A DNA stretch of 64,000 bases from Gammaproteobacteria bacterium (GCA_038114285.1 JAYNQN010000001.1:120454-184453), one strand, 5' to 3'. Counted from the first letter of the stretch, positions 10,820 to 22,092 are shown. Notes: generated by a model from the sequence alone, not told the origin. Program-made: numbers and translations.

Positions 10820-11197
10820 ATGGATATATTTGGAATTGGAGTTGATATTGTTGATCTTGAAAGAGTAAATAAAATTTACTTAAAGTATGGCGATAAATTT
10901 GCTGAAAAAATATTAAATGAGAAAGAATTAGTTAAATTTAATCAATCAAGAAATAAAACATCTTTTTTAGGAAAAAGATTTGCTGTAAAAGAGGCAGTAG
11001 GAAAAGCTTTGGGAATAGGTATTTTAAATGGTAATTTATTGAAGAATATATTTATTGATCATGATAAATATGGAAAGCCAATAGTAAAATTTAGTAAAAA
11101 AAAGAAATTTAAATTTTATTCAAACAAAATTATTCATGTGTCAATTGCAGATGAAAAAAAATTTGCAATTGCTAATGCACTTATATTAAGTAAATAA
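10820..11197 (+). CDS. acpS: Holo-[acyl-carrier-protein] synthase
   Basis: MDIFGIGVDIVDLERV is the ACPS N-terminal motif; 125 aa; follows pdxJ. Confidence 0.9.
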   Translation: MDIFGIGVDIVDLERVNKIYLKYGDKFAEKILNEKELVKFNQSRNKTSFLGKRFAVKEAVGKALGIGILNGNLLKNIFIDHDKYGKPIVKFSKKKKFKFYSNKIIHVSIADEKKFAIANALILSK

Positions 11198-11199
11198 AT

Positions 11200-12087
11200 A
11201 TGAATATCAAAAGTATAGATACACTAATTGGTAATACTCCGCTAGTAAGTTTAAAGAGATTGAATAAAACAGATAATAATTTATTCGTAAAACTTGAGGG
11301 AGACAATCCAGCAGGTTCAGTGAAAGATAGGGCAGCTATGAACATGATTTCTACTGCTGAACAGAAAGGAATAATTAAAGCCGGTGATACTATCATAGAA
11401 GCTACAAGTGGTAATACAGGAATAGCACTTGCTATGGTTTGCGCTATTAAAAGATATAAGTTAATCCTAATCATGCCAGAAAATATGAGTATTGAGAGGA
11501 GAGCCGCTATGCAAGCATACGGCGCAAAAATAATTCTTGTCACAGAAGCTGATGGAATGGAGGGCGCAAGAGACTTAGCAATAAAAATGCAAAATGAAAA
11601 ACAAGGTTTAGTTTTGGATCAATTTTCGAATGAAGATAATCCTGAAGCGCATGTTAAAACTACAGGACCAGAGATCTGGAAAGATACGGATGGCAAAATA
11701 ACACATTTTGTTGCATCTATGGGAACCACAGGAACAATAGTTGGGACATCAAAGTATCTAAAATCAATGAATCCTAAAATAAAAATTATTGGAGTACAGC
11801 CTGAAGAAAATGCATCAATTCCCGGAATAAGAAAATGGCCAATAGAATATATTCCAAAAATTTACAGTGATAAAAATATTGATGAAATAATATATATTTC
11901 TCAAGAGGATGCAGAAAAGACAACTAGAGATTTAGCAGAAAAAGAAGGAATATTTTCTGGACCATCTTCTGGTGGTACAACTTTTGTTGCTTTAGAAATT
12001 GCCAAAAGAGAAAAAAATGCAGTTATTGTATCTATTATTTGTGATAGAGGTGATAGATATATTTCAACAGGAATTTTTAATAAATGA
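11200..12087 (+). CDS. cysM: Cysteine synthase B (O-acetylserine sulfhydrylase, CysM-type)
   Basis: 295 aa, nearly colinear with E. coli CysM: IGNTPLV, GSVKDRAA, EATSGNTGIALAM, MPENMSIERRAAMQAYGA, ICDRGDRY. Confidence 0.85.
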   Translation: MNIKSIDTLIGNTPLVSLKRLNKTDNNLFVKLEGDNPAGSVKDRAAMNMISTAEQKGIIKAGDTIIEATSGNTGIALAMVCAIKRYKLILIMPENMSIERRAAMQAYGAKIILVTEADGMEGARDLAIKMQNEKQGLVLDQFSNEDNPEAHVKTTGPEIWKDTDGKITHFVASMGTTGTIVGTSKYLKSMNPKIKIIGVQPEENASIPGIRKWPIEYIPKIYSDKNIDEIIYISQEDAEKTTRDLAEKEGIFSGPSSGGTTFVALEIAKREKNAVIVSIICDRGDRYISTGIFNK

Positions 12088-12854
12088 ATATTTTAGTTTT
12101 TGATATAGAGACTGTTCCAGATACACATGGAGGAGCAAAACTTTTAGAATTAAATGGATTAGACAAGAAAGATATAATTAAAGCAATGGAACATACGCAA
12201 TTTCAAAAAAATGGAACAATGTTTCAACCTTTACATCTTCACAAAATTGTTGCTATTTCTGTTTTATATAAAAATAATGAAAAAATATCATTGTTGTCTC
12301 TTGGGGAGATTGATTCACCAGAAAATGATCTTCTCAAGCTATTTTTTTCTGCTATCGATAAATACCAACCTCAGCTCGTTAGCTGGAATGGTAAAGGATT
12401 TGATTCGCCAGTTATTCATTATCGTGCACTTATACATGGAATATCTTCTGTTAAGTATTGGGATAGAGGTGAAGATGATAGAGATTTTAAATGGAATAAT
12501 TATCTAAACAGATATCATGAAAGACATCTAGATTTAATGGATACTCTATCCGGTTTCAAAAAACCGGCTCCATTAACTGATATTGCTCAACTAATAGGAG
12601 CTCCAGGAAAATATGGAATTGATGGCAGTAAAGTTACAGAATATTACTTACAAAATGATATAAAAAAAATAAGAGATTACTGTGAAACGGACGTATTAAA
12701 TACTTATTTAGTATTTATAAGATATTTACTTATATCTAATAATATTTCAAAAATTAAATATGATGAGCTGTTAAAAGAGATATTTGATTATTTAGATATA
12801 TCTGAAAAAGAACATTGGCAAGAGTTTAGTTCTTTATGCAAAAAAGAATTATAG
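12084..12854 (+). CDS. Predicted 3'-5' exonuclease (RNase H-like fold, PolB-exonuclease-related)
   Basis: An N-terminal MNILVFDIETVPD DEDD-type Exo I motif; 256 aa. The family assignment is from motif and length only. Confidence 0.5.
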   Translation: MNILVFDIETVPDTHGGAKLLELNGLDKKDIIKAMEHTQFQKNGTMFQPLHLHKIVAISVLYKNNEKISLLSLGEIDSPENDLLKLFFSAIDKYQPQLVSWNGKGFDSPVIHYRALIHGISSVKYWDRGEDDRDFKWNNYLNRYHERHLDLMDTLSGFKKPAPLTDIAQLIGAPGKYGIDGSKVTEYYLQNDIKKIRDYCETDVLNTYLVFIRYLLISNNISKIKYDELLKEIFDYLDISEKEHWQEFSSLCKKEL

Positions 12855-13985
12855 TAAGATTTTGCATAAAACGTTGTAGTAAATTTTTTCTAAACTGACT
12901 AGATCTTCAAGACTAATATTTTCATTAATTTTATGCGCGGTTTTGTTTAACGGCCCAAATTCTACAGTTTCTTTTACATGTTTTGAAATAAATCTAGCAT
13001 CTGAAGTCCCACCAGTTGTAGATAGAGCAGAATTAATACCAATAGTTTCTTTAATTGTATCTTGAAGGATTTTTGTAAGTTTTCCCTCATTTGTAATAAA
13101 TGGTTCAGCAGAACAATTCCAAGATATTTCATACTCGCAATTTAGATCGTTTAATATGTTTTTGAATTTTTCTTTAATAGTCTCTTGAGTTAATTCGTTT
13201 GAAAATCTCAAATTAAAAATAATATCAACTGATCCAGGTATCATGTTTGAAGCAACGTTGTCTGATTTTATGGAAGAAATTTGAAACGATGTTTTTGGAA
13301 AATATTTATTTCCATTATCCCAATTAAAATTATTTAACTTATTAATTAAGTCGCCAACATAGTGAATTGGATTTTTAGCTAAATCTGGGTAAGCTATATG
13401 TCCTTGCACCCCTAAAACTTTTAGGTTGCCAGTTATTGATCCTCGTCTGCCATTTTTAATAGTGTCACCAAATTTTTCAGCACTTGTTGGTTCTCCAACA
13501 ATACAATAATCTATTTTAATTTTATCTTTTTTAAATTTTTCGATAACTTTTTTTGTGCCATATTTAGCAGGCCCTTCTTCGTCACTAGTTAAAAGAAATC
13601 CTATTGACCCATTATGATTAGGGTTATCTTTTACAAATCTTTGGGAAGCAGAAACCATTGCAGCGATACTTGACTTCATATCAGAAGCACCTCTCCCATA
13701 AAGAATATTATTTTTTATCTCGGGTTTAAAAGGGTCTGTTTTCCACTCTTCAATATTTCCAGGCGGAACTACATCTGTGTGCCCAGCAAAAACAATTAGC
13801 GGCTTGTTCGAACCTTTTTTAATCCAAATATTTTTTACATTTTCTATATTAATATTTTGATGAATAAAATTAAATTTTGATAACTCATTTTTTATATATT
13901 CTTGACAACCATCATCATCAGGAGTCACTGATTTTTTTTCTATCAATTTTTTTACAATTTTTTCAACATTAGTAATATTTGTCAT
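12849..13985 (-). CDS. dapE: Succinyl-diaminopimelate desuccinylase
   Basis: M20 peptidase motifs FAGHTDVVP and GRGASDMK; 378 aa; adjacent to dapD. Confidence 0.9.
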   Translation of the reverse strand: MTNITNVEKIVKKLIEKKSVTPDDDGCQEYIKNELSKFNFIHQNINIENVKNIWIKKGSNKPLIVFAGHTDVVPPGNIEEWKTDPFKPEIKNNILYGRGASDMKSSIAAMVSASQRFVKDNPNHNGSIGFLLTSDEEGPAKYGTKKVIEKFKKDKIKIDYCIVGEPTSAEKFGDTIKNGRRGSITGNLKVLGVQGHIAYPDLAKNPIHYVGDLINKLNNFNWDNGNKYFPKTSFQISSIKSDNVASNMIPGSVDIIFNLRFSNELTQETIKEKFKNILNDLNCEYEISWNCSAEPFITNEGKLTKILQDTIKETIGINSALSTTGGTSDARFISKHVKETVEFGPLNKTAHKINENISLEDLVSLEKIYYNVLCKILL

Positions 13986-14815
13986 TAATCAAGATCCCTT
14001 AATATATTATTTATGCCTACCTTAGAAAGAGTTTTTTCATCCACCTTTTTAACAATTATGGCTGCGTACATACTATATTTCCCGTCTTTAGATGGAAGAT
14101 TTCCAGAAACAACAACTGATCCAGCTGGAATTAAACCATATGTGATTTCTCCAGTAGACCTATCATATATCCTAGTACTTTTTCCAATATAAACTCCCAT
14201 GGATATGACCGAGCCTTTTTCCACTATAACGCCTTCAACAATCTCAGATCTTGCCCCTATAAAACAATTGTCTTCTATAATTGTTGGTGTAGCTTGAAGT
14301 GGTTCCAAGACTCCACCGATGCCAACACCACCAGACAAATGAACATTTTTTCCAATTTGAGCGCACGAACCAACTGTAACCCATGTGTCTACCATAGTAT
14401 ATTGATCAACATATGCACCAATATTGACGTATGATGGCATTAATATTACTCCAGGCGCTTGGTAAGAACCATATCTAGCAGTCGCACTAGGCACAATTCT
14501 TACTTTATTTTCTAAAGCTTCTTTTTCAGACAGATTTTGGTATTTCAAAGGAACTTTATCATAGAAATCGGACTCAGCACCTTTGATAACAGAGTTATTT
14601 GAAAAGCTGAAATACAAAAGAATAGCTTTTTTTATCCAGTCATGAGCAACCCATTTTGAATCTACTTTTTCGGCAACTCTAATTTTTCCTTTATCAAGCT
14701 CATCTATGGTTTTTGTAACCGCTTCAATTAGATTTTTATTTTTTGATATATCAATAGAGTTTGTAAGATCTTCATATCCTGCTTCAATTATTTCTTTTGT
14801 CATTTTTTTCTCCAT
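13985..14815 (-). CDS. dapD: 2,3,4,5-tetrahydropyridine-2,6-dicarboxylate N-succinyltransferase
   Basis: Hexapeptide-repeat C-terminal half ([40 protein letters not shown]); map-glnD-dapD synteny. Confidence 0.9.
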   Translation of the reverse strand: MEKKMTKEIIEAGYEDLTNSIDISKNKNLIEAVTKTIDELDKGKIRVAEKVDSKWVAHDWIKKAILLYFSFSNNSVIKGAESDFYDKVPLKYQNLSEKEALENKVRIVPSATARYGSYQAPGVILMPSYVNIGAYVDQYTMVDTWVTVGSCAQIGKNVHLSGGVGIGGVLEPLQATPTIIEDNCFIGARSEIVEGVIVEKGSVISMGVYIGKSTRIYDRSTGEITYGLIPAGSVVVSGNLPSKDGKYSMYAAIIVKKVDEKTLSKVGINNILRDLD

Positions 14816-17406
14816 TAATTTATATATAATTCTGAAATTTTTTCTCTTATTTTACTTTCAATTTGATTAAAATCGATCTTTATCTTTGGTTTTTCATTAA
14901 TAGGAACCAAGATAAATACATCATTAGCTTCTTCACCCAGAGTAGATATTTTCGCATCTTTTACCATAAGATCGCAACTATCAAAGGATTCACATATTTT
15001 GGATAAAAGACCAGGATGATCTAGAGTGCTAATTTCTAATAATATTTCATTCGATTTTTGCGTTAATTGTACTTTTATAAATTTTTTAAAATTAGCTATG
15101 TTTTCTGTCTGTTTTTTAGTAATTTTTTTTATTTTGCAATCAGGATTTTCAAGAACATTATATATTTTTTCTTTTAAAAAATTCAAAGTATATTTATCTG
15201 TTATAAACTTTCCCTTATTATCAAGAAGTAGATATGTATCTATAGCTTGATCTTTTTTCAAAGTTATTATCCTTGCATCGACAATATTTATATTAAGATT
15301 ATCAATTATATTTGCAATATATGAAAAAATATTTTTTCTAAAATTTTGATAAATAGCAAGTTCTGTACAACCCTTAACTTGATTTTTTTTAAATGAAACT
15401 GCAGATTTATTTAAATTATTTGCGATAAGCTCTATATGCCATGCAACTTCTTTCTCACTATGTCTTCTCAAATAATCTGTGTTCAGATATGACCATATTT
15501 TTTCAAAACCATTTTTACCAATATTTTTTAATAACATTTTTTCTACTGATTTTTTTAAATTTTTAATATATCTATCTGGCTTTTTTATATTAGGTTTATT
15601 TTTTCTAAAATAAGATTTACATGATAAATATAATTCTTTTAATAATGAATCTTTCCAGTCAGTATACAGCTCAGGATTAGTACCTCTTATATCAGCAATT
15701 GTTAAAAGATATAAATAATCTAATCTTTCTTGCGTTTTTACAACAGCAGCAAAATCCTTGATTACATCTATATCACTTATATCTTTTTTTTGTGTTGTTA
15801 ATGACATTAATAAGTGATTTTCAACTAACCAGGAAACCATTTCTGATTGATGCTTATTCATACCATGATTTTCACAAAATTTTAAAGATTCCTTTGAGCC
15901 AATCGCTGAGTGATCTTTATTTTGGCCCTTGCCGATATCATGGAATATGGCGCCTAGATATAGAATTTCAGGGGAAAGTAAATTTTTAAAAATTTCATAC
16001 ACAAAACCATATTTATTTTTACAGTCTTTTGAACTCATATATCTGGTATAAGAAAGAACAGCAAGCGTGTGTTCGTCTACTGTATATATATGAAATAAAT
16101 CAAATTGCATCATCCCTACAATTTTGGAGAACGGTTTTAAATAAGCGGCAAGAATACCATAATCATTCATCTTTCTAAGACATCTTGCAACGCCATTATC
16201 TTGCAAAAAAATGTCCATGAATAATTTTTTATTTTTTGAATTACTTCTAAAATCTTTATTAATCAAATATAAACTTTCTCTAATATCTCTAATTGTGTTA
16301 GCAGAAATGTCATATAATTCATCTTTTTCATTTTTTATTAAAAAAATTTCAAGTAATTTACTAGGGTGCTTGCGGAAAATATTTTTATTCTTTACACTAA
16401 TACTGTTATTTTTTACATAAAAAACATCATTAATAATTTTAGATTTCTGAAAAAATTTCTCCCCTGATGGATTTTCAATAAATTTTACAAGAATTTCATT
16501 TAATTGTTTTATATTAGATATGTGCTTGTAAAAATTTTGCATAAATTTTTCTACACCAATATTAGTTTTGCAATCATAACCAAATAATTCAGCGAGTTTT
16601 TTTTGGTTTGCAAAATACAGTCTTTCTTCTGGTTTATTATGCAAATAATGTAATAAAAATCTTGTCTTTGATAGAAATCTCTCTGACTGCAAAAGTGCTA
16701 AATACTCTTTTTTTGTAATTATTTTATTATTGTATAAATCAAAAAGAGAATCTGTATTAAAATTTCGCTTTGTGACCCAAATTAGCGTTTGAAGGTCTCT
16801 AAATCCACCTGGGCCCTCTTTAATATCTGGCTCAAGGAGATAACCTGTATTTGAATATTTGTTATATCTATTTTTTTGTTCGATTTTTTTAGCACTTAGA
16901 AATTTTTCTTTTGACCACAATGAGTTATTTTTTATATTTTTTAGTAAATTATTATATAAATCTTTGTTTCCAGTTATAAATCTACAGTCAAGAAGATTTG
17001 TATATATAGTTACATCATCTTTTATTGCATAAATACATTCTTTTATAGTTCTAACAGAGTGCCCAACAGGTACTTTAAAATGCCATATTTCAGCTATAAA
17101 ATTTTCAATATTTTTTATAAGATCTTTATTTTCATAATTATTTATTAAGATTAGTATATCTATATCTGAGTAAGGAAATAGCTCTGATCTGCCATAGCCT
17201 CCGACAGCAATTAAGCTTATATCTTTGTTTTCTAGATTATTTTTTGCCCAAGAATTTTTAATAAGTTGATCAATAATAGTTGACTTATTCTTTATTAATT
17301 TTTTTATGCTAATATTCTTCTTATATCTTAAATATATATAATCATTAATAACATTTTTATTATCTTGTGAGAACGAGAAATTATTGATAATGTTTTTCTG
17401 AAGCAT
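14815..17406 (-). CDS. glnD: [Protein-PII] uridylyltransferase / uridylyl-removing enzyme
   Basis: 863 aa with a nucleotidyltransferase domain ([16 protein letters not shown]), an HD domain (HDIGKG) and two C-terminal ACT-like domains. Confidence 0.9.
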   Translation of the reverse strand: MLQKNIINNFSFSQDNKNVINDYIYLRYKKNISIKKLIKNKSTIIDQLIKNSWAKNNLENKDISLIAVGGYGRSELFPYSDIDILILINNYENKDLIKNIENFIAEIWHFKVPVGHSVRTIKECIYAIKDDVTIYTNLLDCRFITGNKDLYNNLLKNIKNNSLWSKEKFLSAKKIEQKNRYNKYSNTGYLLEPDIKEGPGGFRDLQTLIWVTKRNFNTDSLFDLYNNKIITKKEYLALLQSERFLSKTRFLLHYLHNKPEERLYFANQKKLAELFGYDCKTNIGVEKFMQNFYKHISNIKQLNEILVKFIENPSGEKFFQKSKIINDVFYVKNNSISVKNKNIFRKHPSKLLEIFLIKNEKDELYDISANTIRDIRESLYLINKDFRSNSKNKKLFMDIFLQDNGVARCLRKMNDYGILAAYLKPFSKIVGMMQFDLFHIYTVDEHTLAVLSYTRYMSSKDCKNKYGFVYEIFKNLLSPEILYLGAIFHDIGKGQNKDHSAIGSKESLKFCENHGMNKHQSEMVSWLVENHLLMSLTTQKKDISDIDVIKDFAAVVKTQERLDYLYLLTIADIRGTNPELYTDWKDSLLKELYLSCKSYFRKNKPNIKKPDRYIKNLKKSVEKMLLKNIGKNGFEKIWSYLNTDYLRRHSEKEVAWHIELIANNLNKSAVSFKKNQVKGCTELAIYQNFRKNIFSYIANIIDNLNINIVDARIITLKKDQAIDTYLLLDNKGKFITDKYTLNFLKEKIYNVLENPDCKIKKITKKQTENIANFKKFIKVQLTQKSNEILLEISTLDHPGLLSKICESFDSCDLMVKDAKISTLGEEANDVFILVPINEKPKIKIDFNQIESKIREKISELYIN

Positions 17407-18164
17407 TATAAGGTTTCTTCTGGTCTTTTAGTTAATACCTCGTAACCATTTTTTGTTACAAGAACAGTATGTTCCCATTGTGCAGATAAACTATGATCTT
17501 TTGTTACAACAGTCCAATTATCTGGTAGGAGTTTAACCTCCTTTTTGCCAAAATTTATCATAGGCTCTATAGTAAAAGTCATTCCTTCTTTTAAAGTGAT
17601 ACCTTCTCCTTTGTTTCCGTAATGTAAAATCTGTGGCTCTTCATGAAATTCTTTTCCAATACCGTGTCCACAATATTCTCTAACAACTGAGCAATGGTTT
17701 TTTTCTGCAAAAGTTTGAATATTATTCCCTATATCACCAGTTGTAGCTCCAGGTTTCACTGTTTTTATACCAATTTTTAAAGCTTCATATGTTAAATCAA
17801 CAAGCCTTTTTGCTTGGATAGAGGGCTTACCTACAAAAAACATTTTACTAGTGTCACCGTGATAACCATCTTTAATTACTGTAATATCAATATTCAAAAT
17901 ATCTTGTTTTTTTAAAATTCTTTTATCTGGTATTCCATGGCAAACTTGATGGTTTAAAGAAGTGCATATAGATTTTGGAAACCCTCTATAGTTTAAGGGT
18001 GCAGGTATACAATTAAGTTCTTCCACTATGAAGTTATGACATATATCATTTAATTCATTTGTTGATATTCCTGGTTTCACATACTGCTCAATCATTAGAA
18101 GAACTTCTGATGCTAAGTTACCAGCTATTCTCATTTTCTCTATTTCTTTAGCGTTTTTTATCAT
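17406..18164 (-). CDS. map: Methionine aminopeptidase (type I)
   Basis: 252 aa with M24 pita-bread motifs (GHGIGKEFHEEP, FTIEPM). Confidence 0.95.
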   Translation of the reverse strand: MIKNAKEIEKMRIAGNLASEVLLMIEQYVKPGISTNELNDICHNFIVEELNCIPAPLNYRGFPKSICTSLNHQVCHGIPDKRILKKQDILNIDITVIKDGYHGDTSKMFFVGKPSIQAKRLVDLTYEALKIGIKTVKPGATTGDIGNNIQTFAEKNHCSVVREYCGHGIGKEFHEEPQILHYGNKGEGITLKEGMTFTIEPMINFGKKEVKLLPDNWTVVTKDHSLSAQWEHTVLVTKNGYEVLTKRPEETL

Positions 18165-18269
18165 TTTATATGGTTAAATTAGATGGATTTAGATATTATT
18201 ATACAGATTGTTCTTAGGCTAAGTCTATGTTATAAAGCCTACGCAATATAAAAAAACTAACCTAAAATT

Positions 18270-18343
18270 TATAGAGTTGTGCTGGGTGTCTCTTGAGAGG
18301 CTGCGCTACTTTTTTAGGTGATAATTAACCCTTAGGAGATAAA
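18270..18343 (+). promoter_or_regulatory. Candidate structured rpsB 5' leader (GC-rich island with a small hairpin) upstream of the rpsB ribosome-binding site
   Basis: The 179-bp map/rpsB divergent intergenic region is unusually long for this genome. GTGCTGGGTGTCTCTTGAGAGGCTGCGCTAC (18278-18309) is a local GC island with a GTCTC/GAGGC stem and a UUGA loop. AGGAG lies 6 nt before the ATG. rpsB-tsf is autoregulated by S2 through its leader in gammaproteobacteria. Confidence 0.2.
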
Positions 18344-19243
18344 ATGACAGATATAACAATACCTGCTTTATTAGAGGCAGGAGTCCATTTTGGACATCAA
18401 ACCAGTTTTTGGAACCCAAAAATGGCGCCATACATATATGGAAATAGAAATCATATCCATATAATTGATATTCAGAAAACAGTTCCCTTGATGAAAGAAG
18501 CGTGTACATATGCAGAAAAAATTGTAGCAAAGGGTGGCAATATCCTATTTGTAGGTACAAAAAGAGCTGCTAGGGACAGTATATCAAATGCTGCTAGTGG
18601 ATGCGGCATGCCTTACGTTAATCATAGATGGCTTGGAGGAATGCTGACAAATTTTAATACAGTTAGACAATCTATTAAGAGATTAAAATTATTAGAAGAA
18701 AATTCTACAAAAGAAAATCAAGAATTAACTAAAAAAGAACAGCTTCTTCAGTCAAGAGAGATAGAGAAGCTTAATAACAGTTTGGGTGGTATAAAAGAAA
18801 TGAAAACTATCCCAGATGCTCTGTTTGTAATAGATGTTGGTTATGAAGATATTGCTGTAAAAGAAGCAATAAAGCTTAATATACCAATTATAGCTGTTGT
18901 TGATACAAATAATTCTTTTGACGATATTGATTATTTTTTTCCTGGGAACGATGATTCGATGAGAGCAATTAATTTATATTGCGATGAACTATCTAAGGCT
19001 GTTAAAAAAGGACAAGAATATCTAAAAACACAAAAACCTGTTATTAGTGAAGAAGAGATTTCTGCAAAATCAGCAAAAAATTCTTCTGATGAAAAAGTTG
19101 TAGTTAAGAAGAAAAAAACAGCTACTAAAAAAGTTGCTACTAAAAAAGTTGCTACTAAAAAAGTTGCTACTAAAAAAGTTGCAACAAAAAAAACAGCTAC
19201 TAAAAAAACTGTAGCAAAAAAAAATGAGAAAGATTCTGATTAA
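18344..19243 (+). CDS. rpsB: 30S ribosomal protein S2 with a Lys/Ala-rich repetitive C-terminal extension
   Basis: The N-terminal ~240 aa are canonical S2 ([20 protein letters not shown]). The ORF then continues about 55 aa through [45 protein letters not shown]. Confidence 0.95.
   Translation: MTDITIPALLEAGVHFGHQTSFWNPKMAPYIYGNRNHIHIIDIQKTVPLMKEACTYAEKIVAKGGNILFVGTKRAARDSISNAASGCGMPYVNHRWLGGMLTNFNTVRQSIKRLKLLEENSTKENQELTKKEQLLQSREIEKLNNSLGGIKEMKTIPDALFVIDVGYEDIAVKEAIKLNIPIIAVVDTNNSFDDIDYFFPGNDDSMRAINLYCDELSKAVKKGQEYLKTQKPVISEEEISAKSAKNSSDEKVVVKKKKTATKKVATKKVATKKVATKKVATKKTATKKTVAKKNEKDSD
19121..19225 (+). repeat. Seven tandem copies of a 15-bp unit (consensus GCTACTAAAAAAGTT) encoding (A/V)TKK(V/T) repeats at the 3' end of rpsB
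   Basis: Direct reading gives four perfect GCTACTAAAAAAGTT copies at 19121-19180, followed by three degenerate copies (GCAACAAAAAAAACA, GCTACTAAAAAAACT, GTAGCAAAAAAAAAT). Confidence 0.9.
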
Positions 19244-19266
19244 TAATTTTTAAAGAGAGACATAAG

Positions 19267-20142
19267 ATGAGCAACATAACTGCGCAAATGGTAAAAGAAC
19301 TAAGAGATAGAACAGGTGCTGGAATGATGGAGTGTAAGAAAGCGCTTACAGAAGCAGAGGGAAATATGGATTTAGCCGTTGATGCCATGAGAAAAGCAGG
19401 GCAAGCAAAAGCTGATAAAAAATCTTCGAGAATTGCCGCAGAAGGAGTTATTAGTTTATCTATGAATGATAGATGTGCAAACATGGTTGAAGTAAATTGT
19501 GAGACAGATTTTGTTGCTAAAGACGAAAATTTTTTAGAATTTGTAAATATTATATCTAATGCATCACTTGAGTCTTATAGTGGCAAATTAGATGATTTTA
19601 ATAAAAGCTCTCATTCATCTGGAAAAACTATAGAAGAAATTCGTTTAGAATTAGTAAGTAAAGTTGGAGAAAACGTTAAAATTAGAAGAATAAAGTCTTT
19701 TGAGAAGAATAATGCATACATAGGTCATTATATGCACGGAAATAAAATAGGTGTTGTAGTAACCCTAGAAAAAGAAAATGAAAATCTTGCGAAAGATATA
19801 TGTATGCATGTAGCAGCTATGAAACCTGCTGCACTAAATTCTGAAGATATTTCTAATGAAGATCTAGACAAAGAAAGAGAAATATTTATGGCTCAAGCAA
19901 AAGAAAGTGGTAAGCCAGAAGACATTGCTCAAAAAATGGTTGAAGGTAAAATAAAAAAATATATTTCAGAAGTTACATTGCTAAACCAGCCGTTTGTAAA
20001 AGATAACGATATTAAAATTAGTGATCTTCTTGATAAAAACGACAATAAAATCCTATCATTTTATAGGATGGAAGTTGGAGAAGGAATTGAGAAAAAGGAT
20101 GAGAATTTTGCTGACGAAGTGATGTCCCAAATAAAAAATTAA
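19267..20142 (+). CDS. tsf: Elongation factor Ts
   Basis: ITAQMVKELRDRTGAGMMECKKAL is the EF-Ts N-terminal signature; follows rpsB. Confidence 0.95.
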   Translation: MSNITAQMVKELRDRTGAGMMECKKALTEAEGNMDLAVDAMRKAGQAKADKKSSRIAAEGVISLSMNDRCANMVEVNCETDFVAKDENFLEFVNIISNASLESYSGKLDDFNKSSHSSGKTIEEIRLELVSKVGENVKIRRIKSFEKNNAYIGHYMHGNKIGVVVTLEKENENLAKDICMHVAAMKPAALNSEDISNEDLDKEREIFMAQAKESGKPEDIAQKMVEGKIKKYISEVTLLNQPFVKDNDIKISDLLDKNDNKILSFYRMEVGEGIEKKDENFADEVMSQIKN

Positions 20143-20148
20143 TTTTCT

Positions 20149-20847
20149 ATGAAAAGATACTTGCTAAAACTTAGTGGAGAAGCCCTTATAGGCAAGTATG
20201 ATTATGGTATTGATCCAGATATAGTTAGTCAAATTTCATCTAGTATTGTTGAGGTAAATAAAACAAAGAATCAATTAGCAGTTGTTGTTGGGGGCGGTAA
20301 TATTTTCAGAGGAGCTGGTTTAGCAGAAGCTGGATTAGATAGAGTTACTGGCGATAATATTGGGATGCTTGCAACAGTAATAAACTCATTAGCACTTCAA
20401 GATGAAATAGAAAAGACAGGCATTCAATGTAGAGTGATGTCAGCTGTCCGCATAAATCAAATATCCGAAGATTACATTAGAAGAAGAGCAATCAGGCACC
20501 TTGAAAAAAACAGAGTTGTAATTTTTGCCGCGGGCACAGGTAATCCTTTTTTTACTACGGATACTGCAGCTAGTTTAAGAGCAATAGAAATTAATGCTGA
20601 TATGGTATTAAAGGCTACAAAAGTTGATGGTGTTTATGATAAAGATCCAAATAAACATAAGGATGCAAAGTTTTATAAAGAATTAACATATAATCAAGTT
20701 TTAAATGATGAGTTAAAAGTAATGGATACTACAGCAGTGGTATTATGTAAAGAAAATAAAATTCCCTTAAGAGTATTTAATATGTTGAAAAAAGATTCAT
20801 TAATGAGCATTATTAATGGAGAAGATACAGGAACAATAATAAAATAA
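20149..20847 (+). CDS. pyrH: UMP kinase
   Basis: [19 protein letters not shown] and an amino-acid-kinase fold; 232 aa. Confidence 0.95.
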   Translation: MKRYLLKLSGEALIGKYDYGIDPDIVSQISSSIVEVNKTKNQLAVVVGGGNIFRGAGLAEAGLDRVTGDNIGMLATVINSLALQDEIEKTGIQCRVMSAVRINQISEDYIRRRAIRHLEKNRVVIFAAGTGNPFFTTDTAASLRAIEINADMVLKATKVDGVYDKDPNKHKDAKFYKELTYNQVLNDELKVMDTTAVVLCKENKIPLRVFNMLKKDSLMSIINGEDTGTIIK

Positions 20848-21404
20848 TGATAGATAATATTCAAAAAGATTCTGAACAAAAAATGATAAAGTCTATTGAG
20901 TCTCTAAAAACTAATTTGGCTAAAATTAGAACAGGAAGAGCTCATCCATCAATATTAGAGGGAATTAAAGTTGACTATTATGGTAATGATAGTCCCTTGT
21001 CACAGGTTTCAACTATAAAAGTTGAAGATGCTAGAACATTAAATTTAGCAGTCTGGGAAAAAGACATGGTAAGTATTATAGAAAAAGCAATTATAAATTC
21101 TGACCTAGGTTTAAATCCAGCGGTAGCTGGAACAAATATACGTATACCCATGCCGCCACTAACAGAAGAAAGAAGATTAGATTTTTTAAAAATAGTGAAA
21201 AATGAAGTTGAGCAAACTAGAGTGGGAATAAGAAATATTAGAAGAGATGCAAATTCAAAAATAAAAGATTTGCTTAAGAAAAAAGATATTTCAGAAGATG
21301 AGGAAAAGCAGGCAAATGATAAAATTCAAAAGCTAACAGATTTATATATTAATAATGCTGATGAAATTTTGAAAGACAAGGAAGCTGATTTAATGCAAGT
21401 ATAA
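20847..21404 (+). CDS. frr: Ribosome recycling factor
   Basis: 185 aa with typical RRF features (RTGRAHPS..., NIRIPMPPLTEERR). Confidence 0.95.
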   Translation: MIDNIQKDSEQKMIKSIESLKTNLAKIRTGRAHPSILEGIKVDYYGNDSPLSQVSTIKVEDARTLNLAVWEKDMVSIIEKAIINSDLGLNPAVAGTNIRIPMPPLTEERRLDFLKIVKNEVEQTRVGIRNIRRDANSKIKDLLKKKDISEDEEKQANDKIQKLTDLYINNADEILKDKEADLMQV

Positions 21405-21408
21405 AAAA

Positions 21409-22092
21409 ATGAAAATCAATAAAAACAAACCAAATCACATTGCAATAATTATGGATGGAAATGGAACTTGGTCAAAATTAAAAAACCTGGAAAGAAAAGA
21501 AGGTCACAAAAAAGGTGTTGAAACTGCAAAAAAAATAATTGGTTATTCTTTAGAAGAAAAAATAAAAAATATAACTCTTTTCGCATTAAGTAATGAAAAT
21601 CTCACGCGGTCAAAATTAGAATTACAGAATTTGTTCGACATTTTTTTTTATTCATTTTCCGAAGAAAAAAATTTCCTTTTAGAAAATAAAATAAAAATAA
21701 AATTTATTGGTAATCTTGAAAAATTACCTAATAAATTAAAAGAAAATATTCAAAAACTTGAAAATGAAACAAAAAAAAATAAAAATTTAAATTTATTTAT
21801 AGCGTTAAACTATGGTGGTAAACAGGATATTAAGCAGGCATTTAAAAAAGCTATTAGCTCAAAATACGTTATTAAAAATTTTGAGAAATATTTGTATGCT
21901 AAAGATTTGCCTGAAGTTGATTTACTCATAAGAACTGGAGGTTTCAAAAGGTTGAGTAATTTCATATTGTGGCACCTATCTTATGCAGAATTATATTTTA
22001 CTGATACTTTATGGCCAAATTTTGATAAAAGAAATTATTTAAAAGCTATTACATGGTACCAAGGTGTAAATAGAAAATTTGGAAAATCTTAA
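21409..22092 (+). CDS. uppS: Undecaprenyl pyrophosphate synthase
   Basis: HIAIIMDGNGTWSK is the cis-prenyltransferase motif; 227 aa. Confidence 0.9.
   Translation: MKINKNKPNHIAIIMDGNGTWSKLKNLERKEGHKKGVETAKKIIGYSLEEKIKNITLFALSNENLTRSKLELQNLFDIFFYSFSEEKNFLLENKIKIKFIGNLEKLPNKLKENIQKLENETKKNKNLNLFIALNYGGKQDIKQAFKKAISSKYVIKNFEKYLYAKDLPEVDLLIRTGGFKRLSNFILWHLSYAELYFTDTLWPNFDKRNYLKAITWYQGVNRKFGKS

Noticed and set aside
12211-12507. 98-aa + strand ORF inside the exonuclease-like gene in another frame
   Set aside because: It is fully nested in a longer ORF carrying recognisable motifs and has Leu/Phe/Ile-rich composition typical of chance ORFs in AT-rich DNA.
19121-19225. Regular 15-bp direct repeats, considered as a possible CRISPR or other non-coding array
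   Set aside because: The units have no spacers, are only 15 bp and lie in frame within rpsB, encoding a KKVAT peptide repeat. This is a coding microsatellite, not a CRISPR array.
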